In this document: positions 60,001-64,000 of the stretch, piece after piece
How the letters are laid out: each line of letters begins with the position of its first letter
How positions within the stretch are numbered: position 1 is the first letter of the stretch
NCBI GenBank assembly: GCA_002269645.1
Contig: NIVC01000808.1
Span: 1-64,000, forward strand
Origin: Macrostomum lignano
Lineage: Eukaryota
DNA length: 64,000 bases
Direction of reading: 5' to 3'
Notes under the pieces: model-generated
Seen by the model: the letters and a program-made list of their open reading frames with translations, nothing else
Database searches by the model: none
What the model was told of the DNA's origin: nothing
Translations under genes and position numbers: made by a program

Positions 60001-63000
60001 TCTGCATCAAAGCTGACTTGCCGTCTCCAGACTGGGCCTGTCAAATTTGGCATTTATATGAGAATTCAGGATTGACAGTTTACAACTGATATTCTACTGA
60101 GACTTTGAAACAGACTGGCATATTGGTGTCAGTGCAGTCTGTAGGTTAGCTGGACCTCCTGGACTTGAATTCCACCCCATCTGTGAGGCTCTAAACAGAC
60201 TGGCTCTGTGGCGTCAGTACAGTCTGTAGGTTAGCTGGACCACCTAAACTTGAATTCCACCTCTTATCTGTGAGGCTCTTAAACAGACTGGATCAGTTGC
60301 GTCAGTGCAGTCTGTAGGTTAGCTGGACCTCCTAAACTTTAATTCCACCCCATCTGTGAGGCTCTAAAACAGACTGGCTCTGTGGCGTCAGTACAGTCTG
60401 TAGGTTAGCTGGACCAGTTCAATTAGAATAGGATAAGCTAAATCTGAACACTTTTGCAGCAAGCTCACCACAGTAGATTCAATCTCGTCCTTTGACTAAA
60501 CTGCGATGAGGCAACACGTCTGTCCAACGGACTGACCAGCGTCTCAGGTGCCTCAGCCGACTTCTTAGAAGTGTCCAGACGTGAGGTGTCAGCCTATAGT
60601 CGACTTAATGGCTCTTGGCCTTTAAAGTCTTGGTCGATATCTTGCTGGAGTTGCTTGCGTCACTCGTCTGCATCAAAGCTGACTTGCCGTCTCCAGACTG
60701 GGCCTGTCAAATTTGGCATTTATATGAGAATTCAGGATTGACAGTTTACAACTGATATTCTACTGAGACTTTGAAACAGACTGGCATATTGGTGTCAGTG
60801 CAGTCTGTAGGTTAGCTGGACCTCCTAAACTTTAATTCCACCTCCCATCTGTGAGGCTCTTCAACAGACTGGCTCTGTGGCGTCAGTACAGTCTGTAGGT
60901 TAGCTGGACCAGTTCAATTAGAATAGGATAAGCCAAATCTGAACACTTTTGCAGCAAGCTCACCACAGTAGATTCAATCTCGTCCTTTGACTAAACTGCG
61001 ATGAGGCAACACGTCTGTCCACCGGACTGACCAGCGTCTCAGGTGCCTCAGCCGACTTCTTAGAAGTGTCCAGACGTGAGGTGTCAGCCTATAGTCGACT
61101 TAATGGCTCTTGGTCTTAAAGTCTTGGTCGATATCTTGCTGGAGTTGCTTGCGTCACTCGTCTGCATCAAAGCTGACTTGCCGTCTCCAGACTGGGCCTG
61201 TCAAATTTGGCATTTATATGAGAATTCAGGATTGACAGTTTACAACTGATATTCTACTGAGACTTTGAAACAGACTGGCATATTGGTGTCAGTACAGTCT
61301 GTAGGTTAGCTGGACCTCCTGGACTTGAATTCCACCCCATCTGTGAGGCTCTAAAACAGACTGGCTCTGTGGCGTCAGTACAGTCTGTAGGTTAGCTGGA
61401 CCACCTAAACTTGAATTCCACCTCTTATCTGTGAGGCTCTTAAACAGACTGGATCAGTTGCGTCAGTGCAGTCTGTAGGTTAGCTGGACCTCCTGGACTT
61501 GAATTCCACCCCATCTGTGAGGCTCTAAAACAGACTGGCTCTGTGGCGTCAGTACAGTCTGTAGGTTAGCTGGACCACCTAAACTTGAATTCCACCTCTT
61601 ATCTGTGAGGCTCTTAAACAGACTGGATCAGTTGCGTCAGTGCAGTCTGTAGGTTAGCTGGACCTCCTAAACTTGAATTCCACCCCATCTGTGAGGCTCT
61701 AAAACAGACTGGCTCTGTGGCGTCAGTACAGTCTGTAGGTTAGCTGGACCAGTTCAATTAGAATAGGATAAGCCAAATCTGAACACTTTTGCAGCAAGCT
61801 CACCACAGTAGATTCAATCTCGTCCTTTGACTAAACTGCGATGAGGCAACACGTCTGTCCACCGGACTGACCAGCGTCTCAGGTGCCTCAGCCGACTTCT
61901 TAGAAGTGTCCAGACGTGAGGTGTCAGCCTATAGTCGACTTAATGGCTCTTGGCCTTTAAAGTCTTGGTCGATATCTTGCTGGAGTTGCTTGCGTCACTC
62001 GTCTGCATCAAAGCTGACTTGCCGTCTCCAGACTGGGCCTGTCAAATTTGGCATTTATATGAGAATTCAGGATTGACAGTTTACAACTGATATTCTACTG
62101 AGACTTTGAAACAGACTGGCATATTGGTGTCAGTGCAGTCTGTAGGTTAGCTGGACCACCTAAACTTGAATTCCACCTCCCATCTGTGAGGCTCTTCAAC
62201 AGACTGGCTCAGTTGCGTCAGTGCAGTCTGTAGGTTAGCTGGACCACCTAAACTTGAATTCCACCTCTTATCTGTGAGGCTCTTAAACAGACTGGCTCTG
62301 TGGCGTCAGTACAGTCTGTAGGTTAGCTGGACCAGTTCAATTAGAATAGGATAAGCCAAATCTGAACACTTTTGCAGCAAGCTCACCACAGTAGATTCAA
62401 TCTCGTCCTTTGACTAAACTGCGATGAGGCAACACGTCTGTCCAACGGACTGACCAGCGTCTCAGGTGCCTCAGCCGACTTCTTAGAAGTGTCCAGACGT
62501 GAGGTGTCAGCCTATAGTCGACTTAATGGCTCTTGGTCTTAAAGTCTTGTCGATATCTTGCTGGAGTTGCTTGCGTCACTCGTCTGCATCAAAGCTGACT
62601 TGCCGTCTCCAGACTGGGCCTGTCAAATTTGGCATTTATATGAGAATTCAGGATTGACAGTTTACAACTGATATTCTACTGAGACTTTGAAACAGACTGG
62701 CATATTGGTGTCAGTGCAGTCTGTAGGTTAGCTGGACCTCCTGGACTTGAATTCCACCCCATCTGTAAGGCTCTTAAACAGACTGGCTCAGTTGCGTCAG
62801 TACAGTCTGTAGGTTAGCTGGACCAGTTCAATTAGAATAGGATAAGCCAAATCTGAACACTTTTGCAGCAAGCTCACCACAGTAGATTCAATCTCGTCCT
62901 TTGACTAAACTGCGATGAGGCAACACGTCTGTCCACCGGACTGACCAGCGTCTCAGGTGCCTCAGCCGACTTCTTAGAAGTGTCCAGACGTGAGGTGTCA

Positions 63001-63901
63001 GCCTATAGTCGACTTAATGGCTCTTGGCCTTTAAAGTCTTGGTCGATATCTTGCTGGAGTTGCTTGCGTCACTCGTCTGCATCAAAGCTGACTTGCCGTC
63101 TCCAGACTGGGCCTGTCAAATTTGGCATTTATATGAGAATTCAGGATTGACAGTTTACAACTGATATTCTACTGAGACTTTGAAACAGACTGGCATATTG
63201 GTGTCAGTGCAGTCTGTAGGTTAGCTGGACCACCTAAACTTGAATTCCACCTCCCATCTGTGAGGCTCTTCAACAGACTGGCTCAGTTGCGTCAGTGCAG
63301 TCTGTAGGTTAGCTGGACCACCTAAACTTGAATTCCACCTCTTATCTGTGAGGCTCTTAAACAGACTGGCTCTGTGGCGTCAGTACAGTCTGTAGGTTAG
63401 CTGGACCAGTTCAATTAGAATAGGATAAGCCAAATCTGAACACTTTTGCAGCAAGCTCACCACAGTAGATTCAATATCGTCCTTTGACTAAACTGCGATG
63501 AGGCAACACGTCTGTCCACCGGACTGACCAGCGTCTCAGGTGCCTCAGCCGACTTCTTAGAAGTGTCCAGACGTGAGGTGTCAGCCTATAGTCGACTTAA
63601 TGGCTCTTGGTCTTAAAGTCTTGGTCGATATCTTGCTGGAGTTGCTTGCGTCACTCGTCTGCATCAAAGCTGACTTGCCGTCTCCAGACTGGGCCTGTCA
63701 AATTTGGCATTTATATGAGAATTCAGGATTGACAGTTTACAACTGATATTCTACTGAGACTTTGAAACAGACTGGCATATTGGTGTCAGTGCAGTCTGTA
63801 GGTTAGCTGGACCTCCTGGACTTGAATTCCACCCCATCTGTAAGGCTCTTAAACAGACTGGCTCAGTTGCGTCAGTACAGTCTGTAGGTTAGCTGGACCA
63901 G
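39097..63901. repeat. 24.8-kb compound tandem array (macrosatellite): 39 cores of 406/407 bp, each followed by 1-5 subunits of 86-88 bp, plus a diverged partial unit at the left end
   Basis: Core starts (GTTCAATTAG) at 39345, 40185, 40768, 41607, 42190, 42856, 43351 ... 62826, 63409. Unit lengths cluster at ~492/495, 583, 666 and 840 bp. Near-identical copies. No ORF of 60 aa or more in the supplied track. Unique sequence resumes at 63902. Confidence 0.97.
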
Positions 63902-64000
63902 CTTAAGTTGTATGTGCACCGATTTGCTTACCTTGTAGATTTTGCTTTTTGGTCTGGCAGGAAAACATATTTCTGAAATTTCGATTGAGTAGGTTCTTAT

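Noticed and set aside
39097-63901. CRISPR-like appearance (palindromic repeats with intervening segments)
   Set aside because: The intervening segments are themselves repeated rather than unique spacers, there are no cas genes, and the context is eukaryotic with spliceosomal introns.

Overview
Eukaryotic (metazoan) genomic DNA, not prokaryotic. Spliceosomal GT-AG introns, GC-rich Ala/Gln/Pro-rich exons and very dense minisatellites are consistent with a free-living flatworm such as Macrostomum; the species is an inference. 0-6.3 kb holds a frameshifted ankyrin-repeat gene, a tRNA-derived SINE, an unknown ORF and a decayed Ty3/Gypsy pol interrupted by a MITE. 7-33 kb holds five genes I assembled by hand with in-frame splice junctions: TRIM37 (+, 7 exons, 787 aa), WDR82/Swd2 (+, 2 coding exons, 350 aa), a highly divergent ETS-domain factor (-, 4 exons, 262 aa), a head-to-head spliced 62-aa small ORF (+) and a class A-like 7TM receptor (+, 2 exons, 372 aa). 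Most of their introns carry a different minisatellite. 33-39 kb holds a truncated SINE copy with TSD, an internally deleted Tc1/IS630-type transposon and simple repeats. 39.1-63.9 kb is one 24.8-kb compound tandem array: 39 cores of 406/407 bp, each followed by 1-5 subunits of 86-88 bp, with three levels of higher-order structure and an exon/intron-like layout on the minus strand. All coordinates and counts were read by eye, so expect errors of a few bases.
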